Shown piece by piece: positions 62,931-64,000 of a stretch of DNA of 64,000 nt. The notes beneath the pieces were generated by a model, which worked only from the letters and a program-made list of their open reading frames with translations, was not told the DNA's origin and did no database searches. Each line of letters starts with the position of its first letter. The first letter of the stretch is position 1. The stretch comes from Rhynchobatus australiae. Its lineage: Eukaryota. The stretch spans positions 77,708,557 through 77,772,556 of the forward strand of contig JAUZTB010000118.1 in NCBI GenBank assembly GCA_034780895.1, written 5' to 3'. A program made the translations under genes and the position numbers.

Positions 62931-64000
62931 ATAACATCATGTAACTGCTACATTGGTCGTAGATTTCTTTTAAGCAGAATCGAGGAGAGTAAATTATTAT
63001 AAGCCTGCCTGTTCAGCAGAAACTTCTTTATCATATCATCATTTTTGAAAGGGCAGGCAATGAATAATACTACTCTGATATCAACTTGTCAATCAGTCAA
63101 TTCAGCAAGATCTGTATGGTTTACAAACTGCAAATAAATTAGCCAAGGCTCGCTGTTATTGTGGAGTCCAGATGCCTTTGGGCAGGACAGGAGTTCTGCC
63201 TTTCAAAAGGATGCACCTCTGACCTCATTGATTTTTTTTTGTGCGTGTGGTCAGGAGAATTTGCATTTTTTGAGATGGTCTCCTTGGCTTACACCAAATC
63301 CTTCTGAAAGGGGAGGGGCAGGAGAACAGTTGTGAAAGGCTTTGGAGGCCTGCTGTGCCATTGTGGCCGGCAGCTTGTGTAATGCTATTCAGTGCTTTTA
63401 AAATTGAATTTTTTTAAAAGAAAGGTGCCTATGTGTTCAATTGACTGCCCTGTGAATGATTTCATAGGTTTTTTTGGCCTATTCAAATTTGAATAGTCCT
63501 TTTGCCACATGTATCACTGGGATTCGGGGACAAACAGTTGACCCAACTCCTGTCATGTGTGCTGTTGTTATCAATGGGCATATTTTAATAATTTCAAACG
63601 CTGGCAGTGCACCATGAAATGTTTCAGCCATTATTTGCAACACAACAAATGTAAAATCCTGTTGTTTGTTTTTCTCTATACAAATTGAATGTTTGATCCA
63701 AAGGAGTTTACTATTATCAGGCGATATCTTTTAACGAAAATCAAACTAGATGTCCTTGATACACGCAAGACTGAAAAGAAGTAATAGTTTTTCTGCTTCT
63801 GTTGGGAGTAGTTCTTCCTCATTTTGTGCAAAGTCTGCCAGAATTACTACATGGTTTGTGCAGCTTCTGCAAGATGTTTGAAAGGCTGGGAATTGGGGAG
63901 TAGCAGTTTACACCAGCCTGTGAGGTGACTTGCTCTTGATGGGTCGTTGGGAGGAAGCCAATCCTTAGCAGAATCCTACTCTCTGGGTTTACAAGCTGTC

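Noticed and set aside
1-64000. CRISPR array, prokaryotic operon or endogenous virus
   Set aside because: No regularly spaced repeat-spacer array, no long ORFs and no viral motifs seen. The content is vertebrate repeat-rich non-coding DNA.

Overview
This is AT-rich vertebrate genomic DNA, most likely from a shark or ray, inferred from an HE1/V-SINE, SacSINE1-like DeuSINEs and HER1-like CR1 tails. It comes from a gapped draft assembly. I recognise no host protein-coding gene, rRNA, intact tRNA or CRISPR array. The listed ORFs are chance frames, N-gap artefacts or decayed retroelement pieces. The window reads as a large intron or gene desert with a dense retroelement fossil record: CR1, L2, RTE, Rex1/Babar, a further CR1/L2-group LINE, several SINE families and Penelope-like elements (PLEs). 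These are interleaved with TE-poor blocks that look like candidate conserved non-coding elements. The most notable signal is about a dozen PLE terminal-repeat copies, many carrying a minimal type I hammerhead ribozyme remnant. They occur as solo, tandem and fold-back arrangements, and non-canonical catalytic cores recur across copies. One copy is still attached to the C-terminus of a GIY-YIG endonuclease. Repeat family names come from my recollection of consensus sequences, not from a database search, and boundaries are approximate to tens of bp.
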